A stretch of DNA of 64,000 bases from Malacoraja senta (GCA_038087875.1 CM075996.1:746001-810000), one strand, 5' to 3'; shown: positions 49,963 to 64,000, counted from the stretch's first letter. Numbers and translations: made by a program. Notes: a model not told the origin generated them from the letters alone.

Positions 49963-51835
49963 GGTGGTCACATGTAACTAGATGTATCTACCCAACTGAA
50001 ACATGTAGAATTTCCTTAATGAGCCAACACTGTGTCTGGTGATTATCCTTGACTGTGGAAACAGCACTGGTTGTGCTCCAAGAACCCTGAAAAGATAGGA
50101 AGGGTATACTGGAAAGGTGTTGAGGATAATTGATTCCATATAAGTTCATGCTTTGGGAAATGTACTCATTTGAACCCCATTTGTATTTCATTCTGTAACC
50201 TATATATTTTTTAAAAGACTGGTTGTTGGTGAGGGTGGGACAGCTTGGGCTGCTGCTCTAGATTTCAGTGGCTTTTACTGCACTCTGAACACATACATGT
50301 TTTGCTCTGAATCTGATGTTGATCTCCATTCAGGCTTAGGGTAAAGGGTGGCAATATAATTAATCAGGATAGAATGGTTCAGGATTGCAAGTAGAAAATA
50401 TTTATGCTCAGAATGGTGATCTATCTGGCTTGGATATTCTAAATGATGGGTATTGCTGAAATTCTGGGATTTATCATGACATCCTATAGTTATAGATTTT
50501 GCATGCCTGAAATGTGTTTATAATGGGTCACTGAGCATGTCTCTAATACACATATATTTCTACCATCTGCCACATTGCAGTAACTTGCCTTTGTATTGTG
50601 AAACCATACTCTCCTCCTCTTTGAGTTGATGCAGCATTTTCTGTATCCCTGATCGGCTATATGTGGTCCCTGCCAATATATGCTGAACCTTACAGGTACT
50701 TTGCTCATTTGCACATTTGAGTGGATGTGAGAGAGCTTAGGTTTGATTGTGTGCTATAAAGCTTTGCGGATTTGTGATTAAGCGGAGAGTAAAATGAAGA
50801 GCTGGCTTAGTGCAAAGAAAACAGATATTTCATTTTTGAAAGGATAGGTTGAATCTTGGAGTTGGCTCATGTCCGGGTGCATGGCTTAGTGGATTGTACT
50901 GCTGATGGGTGGAAGTGAATCATAAATTTGATGTGGAGGTTGGTTCAGTTGTGGAAACATCATTCTGACACTGACTGCAGATAGATTGATTCCAAAGGAA
51001 CTGGAGTCTGCTTCATTGCAGCTGCTTTTTTCAACTGTAAAAATTGAGCTTTTAAAAAAAAAATGGTTTCACTGAAAATAATACTCTTAATAACTCAGAG
51101 ACCAGAGAATAGTTTATTTAGGCATCACTGTAGACTGAGATTCATATATAACTAAATAGGAGTGAATTCTGAGCAGAGATGGAAATTTAAAAGGTGATGA
51201 GATCTTAAAAATGAAAAATCATAAAGGCATAAATGACTTCTTTAATTGTGTGAACGAAACATTTTTGAATTATTTCGATATCCTGACTTAGTGTACTCAA
51301 CAGTTTTTTTGCTGGCATTCTGCACTTCCAAGTTTTTGAGGGATAACTTTGTAATTCAAGATCGGATTTATTGCTGATTCAGAAATAAATTGATGAAACC
51401 AGAACTACCTATCCGATTGTAAACATAATGGTGCGGCCACCACTGATTCCCCACTACAAATGTTTGATCTCATTTGCTGACTATTTGTGAACACTTATCT
51501 AAATTCAAGTGAGCATGTTCAGTTTCACTCTGAGCAAACACATAAGACCTGTTGTGAGCTGTAGCAAGGTCACCAGATGAGACAAGGCTTCTGTTTTCAG
51601 TTGTTATGACATTTGTTGCACTGAGGGAATTGAGTATAAATTGTATAGCTTGGGGACTAATGTCACCATTGGTACCATGAAAGACACGGATAGCAGGTCC
51701 TCTTTCCTCATTAAGAAGACAGTTGGTTTTTACGACATTACTGTAACTATTTGATTTTCTTACTCCTGTGATGGTCTGCACAAGATCAATTACTAAACAG
51801 TTTTAGAACTAGGTTTTGAAAACTTGTGGAAAAAA

Positions 51836-51928
51836 AGACAGAGCTGGAGTAACTCAGCAGGTCAGGCAACATTGCTGGAGGACCCGGATAGGTGGTGTTT
51901 CAGGTTGGGACCCTTCCTCAGACTGATT
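51836..51928 (-). mobile_element. Penelope terminal repeat, diverged
   Basis: gctggagtaactcagc..gtttcaggttgggacccttcctcagactga. Confidence 0.7.
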
Positions 51929-54305
51929 GTTAGGGAGGAGGGGGAGAAATAAAGCTGGAAGAAAGAGTGACTGGGTTGATCATTTTCATTTCCTCTTCCT
52001 TCAATCCTTTGGTTTAAAGGATGATTTGCTTCCATTCAAGTTCTTTGGATTCTGATTAAATCAACTATGTCCTCGATTAAATCAACTATTATGATTTCTA
52101 ATTGTTGACTTGGGCTTTTACTCCAATTTATCATGAGATTTGTATTGTTTTTAATGCAAAGCCTTTTATTTTTACTTGGGCTTTCATTACAGGGCTACAC
52201 TTTGCCTTTTGATTGTGACCACAAATGGAAATTCACTTTACTTTCAGTATCAGATAGAAATTAAGAACATGTACTTGTACATATGGAATTGTACTTGTTA
52301 TGGAAAATGTTTGTTTATTTATAGTTGGTGAACACTTAAAGATAATTACCACCACATTTTATAATGGAATTGGGAAGTTATCAGTAAATGCAATCTTTTC
52401 CCTATTTATAAAAGATTTTCTGTCATATCAGGAGATCGGGAATGTAGTTATTAGATTTAAATGCTCCCCTCTGAACAATAGTGCATGAAAATTTGTGTGG
52501 TTCTGTGTGATGCGTTTTCTACATGTAAAAGTAATTACGATGGAGTAATAAATACTAAAATACCCTTGTATCGAGCAATTCATATTTTTCCACCTTCTCT
52601 CATCATCCCAGTCCCCTGCTACTATCGCCTTCTTTATATGATCATCTCCCAACCCCAACGTCTCATATTTCCCTTGTATCACCCTTCTTTCTCTTCCCCC
52701 TGTCCTCTTCCATATCCATATCCCGTCCTCCGCTTGTACATTTCACTCCTCCCCTTATCTTGAAAATCCCCTTGTCTCCTTTTTCCCATTATCCTTTTTT
52801 CATTTATTTTGCCCATCTATCAATCATCCTTTGTCCCCTCACCTGTATCCACCCATCACATGCCAGCTTTGTCTCACCCGCATCTCTTTTCTCAGTGTTC
52901 TCCAATTCACCAATCATATTATATAGCAGAGCTACCTTTACACCTAAGTTGTACAGTTGGTGATCATGCTTCTGTAAGATATTTGCTGAAAGAGGAACAG
53001 TTTCACTTGGTTCCTTGTTCTTACCAATAAAGCATGGATAGGTAACGATGTGCAGAGCACCAGGAAGTCGCAAAAACAGTTCACATATTTGGATCAAGAC
53101 AACTCTAAGCATGTAATCCTTCCTTCAATGGTGCATCTTTTTAAAGCCTATAGGAATGGCTGATAAAAACTGAACTTGCCATCGATTGCCATATCTGGAG
53201 AAATAAATGGGAAAATAATTATTGTGGAGTTAAATGTTGACGACCAAGCAGTTCTCCCATGCCATCGAAAAAGTCTTCAAATTTCAACATGAGGAATGAG
53301 AAAAGTCCATTAACCATAATGAAATTCAGCTTTACAGTCATTTGTACCTGTTGATACCGTAAATTGTTTGGTCTCCTTTTGTATTTTGGAGGGGGAATCG
53401 GTAATGCACGTGGCAGAGAAGGTGGAAGCAAATAAATATATTATGCTTGAACAAGAGCCTGTGTTTATGCAACTGTTTTCATGAATGTGGGGTATTCTCA
53501 CATACTTAACAGCCAGTTATTAAATTATAATCAAAGTTATGCAGGTCAGTTTTACAAGCATTTGAACACAGCATGATCCAAGATAGCTGTACGATTTGGC
53601 AACCAGTTAATGTGATTTGGTGCTATTCGTTGATGGGGGAAATTCTACTCTTTCATAATAAGACCTTCAATTCCTGCAATTGGGACTTTCCAAACTATGT
53701 TCAAGTAATTTGTTAGCAAATATTTGAATAGAACTGTCAGCTGCAGTAATCACAGGAAAAAAATATTGCACTGTAAAATGTGCCACTTTGAATGTTGCAG
53801 TGTGTAAGAAAAGAAAACATCTGTATTAATGTAATTGGTGTGCATCATATACGAGGTGCTCCCTAATTGTTGAAATTGGAATTTGAAATTTAAGATTTGT
53901 ATATATTGCATGGCTGATTTGTTAATTTTGGTTACGCTGTCACCTCAAAAACATTCTTATTTCTCTCTGCTCATTAGCCTAATTCAGGATGAATTACAGC
54001 ATGATGAGCTGTAACTAGTGGAGTGACATGGAGATGAGTAGTGGGACCTCAACCATTTACAGTCTATATTGCTGACATGAATGCACTGTGTAATTAGACC
54101 ACATTTTCTGATTTCACAAGGTGGGAAAGCAAGTTGTAGAAAGGACGTGATGTGCCTGTATTGAAAAATTGATGTTATGCTAAAACCAAGGAACATTAGT
54201 ATTAGCTGTTACCCATTTAATATAGAGATAGGGAATTTCTTTCAAATGTCATGAAGCTTTGGAATTCTCCAACTGAGGGAGCTGTGGAGGATTAGGTTAT
54301 GAATA

Positions 54306-54978
54306 CAGGTAGTTCTGCTGTAATGGGCATTTCCATAACGCAAATTGGATATAACATGCTTGATTAATTAGAAGATACTTTGTACTACGTGGATATTGGC
54401 TATAATGCTATTTCAGTCTGCAACCAGAGAACCACTTAACAGTTATTTTGGAAATTGACAAGTGGAAAATAACTTCCTTGGGAAAAAAAGCCATTCTTGG
54501 AGGTAGGAAAGCTTTCCATGTAACCTCCCCACAGTAAACTTAAGGGTAGTGGTGGGGAGAGAAGAGTGGGCAGAGTGGCCAAGCGGCAGTGTTGCTGCCT
54601 TACAGTGCCAGTGACCCTGGTTTGACCTGGACTACGGGTGCTCTCTGTATGGAGTTTGTACGTTCTCCCTGTGACTCCATGGGTTTTCTCTGGGTGCTCC
54701 CGGTTTCCTCCTACATTCCAAAGATGTACAGGTTTATAGGCTCATTGGGCTCTGTAAATTGTGCCTCATTTGTTGGATAGAACTAGTGTACGGGTGATCA
54801 TTGGTCAGCGCGGACTTGGTGGGCCAAAACGCCTGTATGGAGGTCCGTTATTGCAAGGGTTTACTGTATTGCGAATCTGAAATTCTCTAGCCCTTAATGC
54901 CCTCTTCCCATTGAAAGAATTGTTTTTATAATGTTTCTATAACTGGAGGTTTCTATTGTGTTACAGCAGAACTACCTG
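54306..54978. mobile_element. Tigger/pogo-type MITE containing a second short-TIR element (54532-54866) and an HE1 SINE (~54565-54836)
   Basis: 18-bp TIR caggtagttctgctgtaa / ttacagcagaactacctg with left TA; inner cagtaaac..gtttactg|ta; sits inside a CR1 remnant (~54000-55100). Confidence 0.75.
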
Positions 54979-55130
54979 TTTCTGGAAGGCCAAGTAAGAC
55001 AAGTAATTGAGGTTACAGGGGCAGACCGGAAATAGAAACTGAAGCCAGGTTCAGATTAGTGAAGATCTTATTGAATTGTAGGACGGGCTCAAGTGGATAT
55101 ATTTTTTGTAGATGTCTGGTATGGCAGGGT

Positions 55131-55470
55131 GTTGGCATTCTCCCACAGATCAGGTTCAAAGCCTACTTCTAGAAACTTCAGGAAGCCATCTAGGCTGAAG
55201 GTCCAGAGTAATTTTTCAGAGGTGATTATCAATCAGACTCCATCTGGACTTTCAAATTTTTAAAGTAAATCCACAGGATTTGAAGATGACTAATGATGCT
55301 TTTTACAAACATTGATCTCTGATATCATTGAATATTGAATAAGTGTATATAGATATTTAATTCTGCTATATGTGATATTATTGTCTATAAGGCTCTCATT
55401 TTACCTTTTGACAAGTTACTAAACTTGGAAAAAGTACTTCATTAACTCAAAGCATTCTAATAAGGCCACC
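55131..55470 (+). mobile_element. Old DeuSINE (SacSINE1-like)
   Basis: ggttcaaagcctac..atctaggctga..aaaaagtacttcattaact landmarks. Confidence 0.5.
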
Positions 55471-55763
55471 TCTTATTGTGATACTCGGGTTTAATTGCAA
55501 TCGTTGGTCCTGTGCACACTAGTTGCCAGAGCCTATGAGGTGGATTTTGTGCTGTTCAACTCTCCCAAGCTTTTCAACCATGCAAACGTTCCACCAGGGT
55601 GCCACAAGTCTATTTAAGGAAAATGTTTTTTTTGTTTTTTTTTGTTTTGTTCTGCCTAATCCTGGAGTATTTGTAGGATTCTGGCAGCATTGCTGACTGA
55701 CATTAGCTGATTCAGCAGGAATTGTATGTTGATTCTTTGGCAAGTAAGCTGTCCTGTAATTAG

Positions 55764-55897
55764 TGTAGGAAAGAACTGCAGATGCTGGTTTAAATCTAAG
55801 GTAGACACAAAATGTTGGAGTAACTCAGCGGGAAAGGCAGCATCTCTGGAGAGAAGGAATGGGTGATGTTTTGGGTCGAGACTCTTCTTCAGACTGA
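55764..55897 (-). mobile_element. Penelope terminal repeat, ribozyme core mutated (GAAA to AAAA)
   Basis: gaactgcagatgctgg..gttttgggtcgagactcttcttcagactga. Confidence 0.8.
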
Positions 55898-57081
55898 TTA
55901 TGTCCCATAATTAGAGTTCGCCCAGATCAGCAGAATATGAAGTCTGTTGCTCCTCCAACAGTTCCTTACAATTTACAGTTTTTAGTCTGGACTTTATTCA
56001 CTCTGAAGTAGCATTACTTAATTAGCCACATCTTTTTTGAGCTACACTGAATTGATTGCCAATTTCAAAGAAATTGGAGAAAAGTACTTTAAAAAAATAA
56101 CATCTGCAACAATCGACAATAGAAATTGCGCTTCACTTAGGGAACAATGTCGAATGGGAGTGATGTTCTGCTGGCATCATAAACTGCAAGGGAAACTAGA
56201 GTAAAACGATGCATATTTAATTTCGTGCACCCACGAACCTGTTTATTAGCATAAATCATATGATTTAAATTGAAAGAAAATTCAAGCACTGAGTTTTGGA
56301 AATATGAAATTGAAAATATTAGATTTACTCAGCAGATCAGGCAGCAGCTATGGCATGATGATGATTTCAAGTGGTTCAGCAAGGACATTGGCTAGTAGTT
56401 GGCTGGGAGACAGATGTTTGTGACAGTATATGATATAAGGGGGGAAAAGATGGTAAGAATTTTATGGAATACAAGTGCTACTGATTCATATTAATTTTTA
56501 ATTTGATAATGGTGCATGTGTCATGGGGAAATTGTCTGACTGAATATTCAATTCAATTAATACTAATTCTAATATTTGATAGGGTGCTTGGCTGATTGAG
56601 CCAGATCTGCCATTCACTGAGAACATGGACGGTCTGTGACACATTCTTACCTTTTGCACATCTATAAATACTTTTGTAGAACAATCTTTCAATTATAGAC
56701 TTTGAAATCAATAGTTAACTCAATGTGAGTTGCTGTTAACAGGAATGGGAATATTTTTTTTCACACTGAGGTTAGTAAATATTTGGAATTCTCTATCCAA
56801 GAGGGTCACTGAATATTTTCAAGAAAGATATTTTTAGAGATGAAAATATTTTGTTTGGTCTGTTAGTCTTTACCTTAAATTTTAGACTTCTTCAACACCA
56901 ATTTTGAGTAAGTGTTCCAATCACACGAAAGCATTGCCACAATGTTGTTTGTTCCTCATCTGCGTCTCAAACGGGTGGCCACTTGTTTTTAAACTGTGAC
57001 TTCTAGTTCTGAATTCTCCTGTAAGAGGAAACACCTTCCCATCTCCATGCGATCAAGACCAATCAGTATATAAATAAGTTA

Positions 57082-57602
57082 TAGACTCATACAGCATGGA
57101 AACAGGCCCTTGGGCCCAATGTGCCCATGCCAACCAACATGCCCATCTACACTAGTCCCACCTTCCTGCATTTGGTCCATATCCCTCCAAACCTATCCGA
57201 TCCATGTATCTATCCAAATGTTTTTTTAAACATTGTGATAGTACCTACTTCAAGTACCTCCTCTGGCAGCTCGTTCTATAAACTTATCTTTTCTTTGAAA
57301 ATTATATCTCCCCCCCTCACCTTAAACCTATGTCCTCTGGTTCTTGATTCCCATACTCTGGGTAAAAGACTCTGTGCATTTATTCTATCCATTTCTCTCA
57401 TGATCTTATACATATGACCACAGCTTATCCTCTTGTGCTCCAAGGAATAAAGTCATAGCCAGCTCAACCTCTTCCTGTAGCTCAGGCCCTCGAGTCCTGG
57501 CAACATCCTTGTAAATCTTCTCTGCACCCTATCCAGCTTAACAACATCTTTCCTGTTGCAGGGTGACCAAAACTGAACACAATACACTAAATGTGGCCTC
57601 AC
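57082..57602 (-). mobile_element. CR1 3' fragment
   Basis: Minus-strand VRPHLVYCVQFWSP, VQRRFTRMLPG, ESRTRGHRFKV. Confidence 0.85.
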
Positions 57603-59683
57603 CAAATTATTGTTTATTGACGTTCAATCTCTGCAGCGGAAGAAAGGCTTGTGTATAATCGGGCAAATTGTACATGTGCAAAATCTGCACGTTTTAAGTC
57701 TGAAGTAAAAACAGGAATCCTGGAAACACTCGGATTAGGCAGCAGCTATGGAAGAAAAAACGATATTAGTGTCTTGATTCTGAGACCTTTTGTCAGAACA
57801 GGAAGGCAATGTTCGCTTTGAAGAGAATATTTTTGCATGTTTGTTTTGAGTATGTATTTGTGGGAAGTGGTGGATGGGTTGCAGCTGAGGAAGAGATAGC
57901 AGTTTCAAACCATAGAGATCACCACATCTGACATTGGCAACTCTTAGCCGTGTTATTAACTAATGTGTGAAGAACTGCTGCCATAAGATATTTTGCAGAA
58001 CTATTGCTATCTGAGTTTGGTTTTGCGCTGCAACTCCAGTAAAATCAAACAACTTTTCACTTGGAACACGGAGAGAATTGTGCTGAAATGGATATAGTTA
58101 TATTAACTTGTTTTGCTGTTTGCGGAATCTTTGTTTACTTAAATTTGAATTATTTCCAGTGTAGACATGTTTAATGATGGTGTGATCCCCATATTTGACA
58201 GCTGCCTCATTGCACCCTTGAAAGGTAACCAACAAAAACATTCTTTCAAAACTGACCTTGACATGTCACTGCAGGAGCTGGTGCTATGATGATGCTATAA
58301 ATCGCAGAAACTAATTTCATTATTGCATTGTTGGTTGGAAAGTTACATGGTCTATATAATACAATATGCTCTCATCTTAATTTACCTTTAATACGTTTGC
58401 TCCCATCACCATCAGTAATAAACCAACACCCATTATTACTTTAACCTGTTTTAATTGAGCTTATAATGTTGTTTCAAGTATATCTCGAGGACATTACATT
58501 GGTGGTTGTTATTGCAGCTCAACTGGATGCATTTTTAAAAGTTATTCACAATTACTGTGATATCAAAGTATTAGTAATGGTGAATTTCTTTAGGCATAAG
58601 TTGATTGTATCTATCTTTAATTGTTATGTATTAGTTTAATTCATTCATTTTGTTCCAGTGTGTACAAATTCAGGATCCAAATCTTATTCAGAGACTATTC
58701 TGATTGTGAGTTTCAATTTCTTGCTTTGGGGTGATGTTTTCATTAAAAGTTTTGAGTAATATGTTTCTCTGTTTTATTTAGCTTCTTGTCATAATTGCCT
58801 GTGTTTGGAATTTTGGCAGAAAATAATTGGTTGATTAATTTTGGCTGTTTGCAATCTCTTTACTTTAGCTTTCCGTGGAATCTAATTTAAGAAATTACTT
58901 AAGGTGCAGCGTCATCTTGTTTCAAGTCTCTGATTTGAATTGCTGCAATGATTTTGCTAACTGGAACAGCTGGGTTCAGCTTGCTATATATAAATTGCTT
59001 TCCTTCAAAGTGCACTTTGTTCTGATAGTCCAATGGAGTATGATGATGGAACAAAATGTGTTCCAAAATTTGTCCACTTAATTAAACCATCTAGACCCAG
59101 TTTATATTGGGGATTATGGAGGAACTTTCATTCTGGGGAAGCTGGCTTCTATGAATTCAAACTGAATTTCACAATGCGCTGAGGGAAAATCTGTTTCTCT
59201 TAAGTAAACTTTCCACTTTGCAAAATATAAATAAAATGATCTAAACTGTGTAGTTTAAGTCCAATGTACCATCTACTTGCACTAAAACAGGGAATTTTAA
59301 AAGCTGCAATGGGATACGGCACTTGTGGTGAATTAAATGCAGTGAGCCTGGGAGGTCATGGGTTTGATTCATGGTATGAACTTTGGCTGCTAATCTTGGC
59401 TTTGTGATAGTAAGGCACCATTTGGTAACCTCAATGTTGTCATTAGGATAATTTATGAGCTAGTGATGTGGAGAGGAACATAATAGATTGCATTAATATT
59501 TTTTCCTCATCAATCCTTGTATGTCGGCGCTGTTCCCATAATCGATGTCCTTAACTTTGGCAAAAAGGTGTGGCTTGAGTCGGTCTTTCTCCCATTTTTG
59601 TAATTGATTCCAAGGTAATGAGTATTACAGTTTGTCTTTTTATGCGAACACACAATTGGAGGACTTAAAAGTGAATTCGAGCA

Positions 59684-61198
59684 GCTAACTTGCAAAAACT
59701 CCTGTATTGGATGAATGATGATTGCGAGCACCCACCGATCTGGGTATATATGGAAAAGGCGAGTTCACGTCTCCCGTTGCGGTCTGTCCTATGCTCCCAA
59801 CTCCCCCTTTCTATATCATCTGTGGGTGCAGGCCCAATTGTGTCCCTTTCGCTCAAGATATGGAGTCAATTTAGGAAAAGCCTCGGTTTACAGGGTCCTT
59901 CCATCTTGACCCCACTGCTTAAAAATCACATTTTTAAACCTTCAAGTATAGACCACGCATTTAAAACCTGGCATAGCAATGGCATCAGTAGTATTAAAAA
60001 CCTATATAAGGATGGCATCTTCTCATCCTTCGCGGAGCTCTCGTCTAACTACAACCTCCCAAACTCCCACCTTTTTCATTTTTTTCAGATTAGGGATTTT
60101 GTGAAGAAGACATTTCCCTACTTCCCAAATCGCCCTCCTGAAATCCTGACTGATATCATCTTAGCTTTAGACCCCAATCGGAAGAAATGCATCTCTATTT
60201 TGTATAATTTGCTAGGGTCGGTTTTATTGAAACCTCATACCTCATTAAAAGCTGCGTGGGAGGGAGAGCTGAATACGAAATTAACAGACCAGCAATGGGA
60301 CTCTGCCTTGGATTTGATCCACTCTTCTTCCATATGCGCTCGTCATGGCCTAATCCAATGCAAAGTCCTTTACAAAGTCCACTATACAAATGCAAGATTA
60401 GCTAAAATGTACCCAGCTGTTAATGACACCTGTAACAGATGTAGTCAATCTCCTGCCAACCATAGCCACATGTTTTGGTCTTGCCCTAAGCTGGCAGCCT
60501 TTTGGAGGAGTGCTTTTGAATTGATAAGCAGAGCTTACGACCAGACTATTCTTCCAAATCCAATGTCAGCCATTTTCGGTACCCCTCCCAATACCAACCT
60601 CTCTGTTGCGGTGAAACGGGTCCTAGCTTTTACAACCTTGTTAGCCCGGAGACTGATCTTGCTTAGTTGGAGGCTTACCTGTCCCCCGACACACGCCCGT
60701 TGGATTAAGGAGGTGCTTTACAATCTGAAACTTGAAAAACTTAGGTTCTCTCTCAAAGGCTCTACCAAGACATTCCTAGATACATGGAGCCCTTTCTTTG
60801 AACTGGTTAACTCTCTTACCTTGTCCCCGGACTCAGAAGAGGACTGAGTGTTCTCCATCATCGTTTTGTTCTACAACAGCTGCTTTCCCCTTAATCCCCC
60901 CCCTCCCTATAATTGTTTATTTAGATATATATGTATATATATATATATATATATATTTTTATTTTTATATAGCACATTTTGTTTTGTCTATTCTACCATT
61001 TGTGTGTGGATGTGTACGTATGTGAGTGTTGTTTGTCCCCGTTTGGCTCCGACCTGACTTGGGTGGGTTGAAGGTGGGTAAGGGTAAGGGTTTTGAGGAT
61101 CGCTTACATAGTTGTATAATTATGCCTTGATTGTTACTGTCTGTTATTATTGTATGTATGTAAATTGCCGTGAAATTCAAATAAAAAGATTTAAACAC
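59684..61198 (+). mobile_element. 5'-truncated L1-clade LINE of a second family, ORF2 C-terminus open
   Basis: 385-aa ORF 59690-60847 with CNRC..HMFWSC; 3' UTR with (TA)n and aataaa; 15-bp TSD aagtgaattcgagca at 59669-59683 and 61199-61213; tt|aaaa target site. Confidence 0.92.
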
Positions 61199-61272
61199 AA
61201 GTGAATTCGAGCAACATGAATTGCTGAAGTTGTCATTCACTATGAGCTCGATGACATCTAGCTGCAAACTAA

Positions 61273-61462
61273 AGGGCCTGTCCCACTTGGGCGTCATATG
61301 CGCGTCACGCAGGTGGCGCGCGAAGATTTTGTGAATCCCAAAATCCTGGGGCACCGCACGCGACCACGCGTCACTGCCTACGTCACCACGCACCATGCGC
61401 GCATAATGCAGCCATGTGCGCATCATGTGACGCGCAAATGACACCCAAGTGGGACAGGCCCT
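61273..61462. mobile_element. PIF/Harbinger-type MITE
   Basis: ~34-bp TIR agggcctgtcccacttggg.gtcat.tgcgcgtcac; TAA on both sides (61270-61272, 61463-61465). Confidence 0.88.
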
Positions 61463-62362
61463 TAACCCGCTATACTTTTTGTGTCTGAGAAGACTAGCCC
61501 AGTGAATTGCAGTGTTTCACAAAGAATTTTATTATATTTTCAGGGCAAATTCATCATTTAAAATTTTCTCACTGAAGTATTTGTAAGGGTATCTTCATTT
61601 TCCTGATACTTTAGACATTCGAGTATTTGGAAATATAGGCAACTCGCGTTTTTCGCCCGAATACGTACCTGAAAAGCAGCATGTAATTCAAAAACGCAAA
61701 TTAAACATTTAAACAGTAAATTTGAGCGCATTATTTCAAAAATATAGCACGTAAACAAGGTTCCGGTATTAATTAAAAAAGCAATTTTATTTCAAAATTG
61801 CACGAATCAAGCGTAAAACTTGATAAAACTGATCTCTCCAAGTTGAGCATATTTCTGGAGTAACATTAGATACAGTGGTACTCTGCAGAGCACTGATTTT
61901 GTTTATACTTTTGGCCCTCTAATTCACAGGGACATATTCCGGTCTACTTTTTATTTTAAAGATATCCGTTCATGCAGGAAAACTGGTATGAACACCTGCT
62001 GTCCTCAACTGTGTTGGGAACCTGATACAAACATCAGCACTTCCTGGAGATGCAAGCTGCTGCTATCCATGATCCTTGTATAGTGCTTTACATGTGACAG
62101 CACTCTGATTCACTCCTGGGATTGGTACGGCGGAGTTGCCTGTTAGGGCTTTGCTCAATAGGCTGAATATTGAGATGTAGGACTTCATGCTGCACTCTGA
62201 TTGGCATCTGAGTGTAAGCTATTGCTGGGGTCTGACAGTACTGCCATGCGTAAAATATTCTGTATAGAAATTTCTGAAGAGAGTTGTAGATCTTAAACAG
62301 AAGGGAATGCAGCAACTTTGCTTACATCCAAGAGCTAGTGATGAGGCAAACTGTAGGATTTT

Positions 62363-62450
62363 GTAGACAAAAGTGCAGGAGAAACTCAGCGGGTGCGGCA
62401 GCATCTATGGAGCGAAGGAAATAGGCAACGTTTCGGGCCAAAACCCTTCT
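62363..62450 (-). mobile_element. Penelope terminal repeat, truncated within the ribozyme core
   Basis: Near-identical to 41291-41365 and 42378-42463. Confidence 0.8.
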
Positions 62451-62805
62451 GGTCTGTTAAGACGTGGTGCAGGTGGTGCCAGTTCCTAACAATGGTCCAC
62501 ACCCTCCATGCCAGTCAAGGTGCAGCCATGAATCCCATAGCCCATTGCTGAGCACCTGCGCAGTTTGTCCTGACCTGCCCTGTGCCAGTCAACACAGGCA
62601 GCTACTCCACACTGAGCTATGCGCTGATAAATAGCTATGGGCATTTAGTACAAGGCAGGTATTTGAACCAGCTTCATGGCACAGTATCTAAAACATCTTT
62701 TTTTATATTACTATAATTGCCATTCTTAACGCAGATTTCATTAATGCTGTCCTTCATGGGAACGCATCCTGAGTATCTCGCATAGTACTATCCAATCTCA
62801 AATAA

Positions 62806-63266
62806 GATCATAAGAGATAGGAGTAGAATTAGGCCATTCGACCCATCAAGTCTACTCCACCATTCAATCATGACTGATCTACCTCTCCCTCCTAACCGCA
62901 TTCTACTGACTTCTCCCCATAACCTCTGACACCCGTACTAATCAAGAATCTATCTATCTCTACCTTAAATATATCCACTGACTTTGCCTCCAAAGACTTT
63001 TGTGGCAAAGAATTCCACAGATTCTCCACCCTCTGACTAAAGAAATTTCTCCTCATTTCCTTCCTAAAAGAACTTTTGAGGCTATGACCTCTGGTCCTAG
63101 ACTCTCCCACTAGTTGAAACAACCTCTCATTTCTGGGATCATTCTTGTAAACCTCCTCTGGACCCTCTCCAGAGCCAGCACATCCTTCCTCAAATATGGT
63201 GTCCAAAATCGCTCACAATATTCTAAATGTGGCCTGACCAGCACCTTATAGAGCCTCAGCATTACA
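62806..63266 (-). mobile_element. CR1 3' fragment
   Basis: LYKVLVRPHLEYC..ERVQRRFTRMIP; GESRTRGHSLK..FFSQRVENLWNSLP. Confidence 0.9.
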
Positions 63267-63554
63267 TTCCTGGCACAGCATGTGACAGAACCATTGCTCA
63301 TTTTTCCATTGCTCATTCAACAGGTGTTTATATTCCTACAAATAGCCAAGAATTAATCATTTTAATATTGGAAGGTCAAACCTATTGCATGACAAAGACA
63401 TTCTTACCCCATATCAGGTATATTAAATAATGCCTTTAAAATAAACAGAAAAGTTCTACATGGTCCGACAAACGTCCTACAATCTTACCCATTGAAACTG
63501 CTGTTGTTTTCTACCTATTTTCTACCTATTAAAAAAACCCCGACTATAATGTGA

Positions 63555-63784
63555 CCAGCATCTGCAGTTCTTTCTTAAACGTGTTCACAGAAGGTGCGCG
63601 GCCGTGCCGGTGGCTTTGCGCAGGCTGCGGTACAGCCAGAGCCCGGCCGCTGCTCGGGTCCCTGGCCGTTACTCGGGGTGTTCTGCGGGCAGGATGATTA
63701 TGGGGGGGGAAATCCACCTGCGGGCTGGATGATTTCGGGTTACAGGCCGCATTCGACCCGGGGGCCATAGGTTGCCGACCCCTG
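63555..63784 (-). mobile_element. Second, half copy of the hAT MITE seen at 774, with the same Penelope junction
   Basis: TIR aggttgccgacccctg at 63769-63784; body homologous to 774-1020. Confidence 0.85.
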
Positions 63785-64000
63785 CCTTACCATTATCCTC
63801 TGGTTGTAGTCACCTCTGCTAAGGAAAATATTTTTGCTATCTACCCCCATTTGTCTGTCATAATTTTGTATACCTCAATCAAATCCTCTCTTGGCCTATC
63901 CCAATCCAGCGAAATCTAACTTAGTTTATCCCAGTCTCAGCTCTGAATGTTGCATCCCAAGCAACATTCTCCTTTGTACTTTCTCCTGTGCAATCACATT

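Noticed and set aside
53979..54015. Apparent terminal exon reading LIQDELQHDEL* (ER-retention signal) after a pyrimidine tract, phase-compatible with 9982-10052
   Set aside because: The end overlaps a CR1 remnant (gctgtaactagtggagt.. = VTSGVPQGSVLGP region), and the upstream exons fit a TNRC6B N-terminus better; probably chance
61620..61900. CpG-retaining AT-rich block
   Set aside because: No termini, exon signals or recognisable family, so no call can be supported

Overview
Eukaryotic, repeat-dense, mostly intronic DNA from a cartilaginous fish (HE1-type V-SINEs and SacSINE1-type DeuSINEs point to Chondrichthyes, probably a skate or ray). The host gene runs on the + strand and is most likely the 5' part of TNRC6B (GW182 family). 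It shows two small upstream coding exons (3631-3699, 9982-10052) and an internal promoter with an alternative first exon that ends in ATG-AG|GT at 38794-38800; the shared downstream exon is not visible in this window. The introns hold a structurally complete but mutated DIRS1-type tyrosine-recombinase retrotransposon (15122-20159) and an L1 inserted head-to-head into a sister L1, which makes a long inverted repeat (30319-34820). They also contain a second truncated L1, many Penelope-like 3' ends carrying hammerhead-ribozyme-like cores, CR1, Rex1 and Daphne/L2-type LINE fragments, SINEs, Tc1/hAT/Harbinger/Tigger-type DNA elements and a Helitron helicase relic. Most short ORFs in the track are noise or transposon fragments. 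Family and gene names come from motif recognition and memory, not database searches, and boundaries of old repeats are approximate.
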